The position numbers and the translations under genes were made by a program. A stretch of 64,000 bases of DNA, from positions 1-64,000 of the forward strand of contig KZ538463.1 in NCBI GenBank assembly GCA_000934665.2. Reading direction: 5' to 3'. The notes under the pieces were generated by a model that was not told the origin of the DNA, ran no database searches, and was given only the letters and a program-made list of their open reading frames with translations. Each line of letters begins with the position of its first letter. The first letter of the stretch is position 1. Below are positions 63,601-64,000 of this stretch, piece by piece. This stretch comes from Catajapyx aquilonaris. Its lineage: Eukaryota.

Positions 63601-64000
63601 GCGGTTGTAAATTATCTTTCCCAGAGTTCAATGTCTTAACGATTTTTTTTCTTCTTCTTCTCTTCCGTCTTTTCTAGTGTAACCACGAAATCGATAGAAA
63701 GACTATTTCCTGCTGCATAGAACCTGGCACGTGTGGTAGCTGCATAATGTATGTGCGGTACTTGTAGCCAGCCCCAGTTTGCCAAAGTGTTAAACTCCTG
63801 CCAACATGTACGACCATTCCAATGTTTAATTCCGGTTCATAAACAGCGAAACATGAATGCAATTTGCCCATTTTGGGGAGGATTTGGCATGCATTGAATT
63901 TCCATACCAATTAGGTGCATAGAAAAGAGCCAATTCCGATTTTAATAATAATTAGGCAAACATGAGCCTATATTTCAGCCACAGCAACCGAGAGAATAAC

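Overview
AT-rich eukaryotic (invertebrate, arthropod-like) genomic DNA with many short (~60-100 nt) spliceosomal introns; species not identifiable from the sequence alone. Six conserved multi-exon genes are present: warts/LATS kinase (-), NDUFAF4 (+), BDH2/DHRS6 (+), TMEM135 (+), a FAAH2-like amidase (-) and TAF13 (-). A seventh conserved gene, NHS/GUK-holder-like (-), is 5'-incomplete here. Between BDH2 and TMEM135 lie two tandem, >1100-codon, GC-rich uninterrupted ORFs that I cannot assign to any family. They encode Pro/Ser-rich proteins built from novel repeated motifs and share diverged motifs with each other; this is the most novel element in the window. Other notable points: a phased six-copy RFX X-box-like array in a GUK-holder intron; a dense uORF cluster before the warts start codon; a GC-AG intron and two stop-free 60-nt introns in warts; very tight NDUFAF4-BDH2 spacing; several MITE-like/foldback elements and minisatellites; and a 31-N assembly gap in the putative warts/NDUFAF4 divergent promoter. 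Exon boundaries were read by eye from splice consensus and reading-frame phase. Family names come from motif recognition, not database searches.
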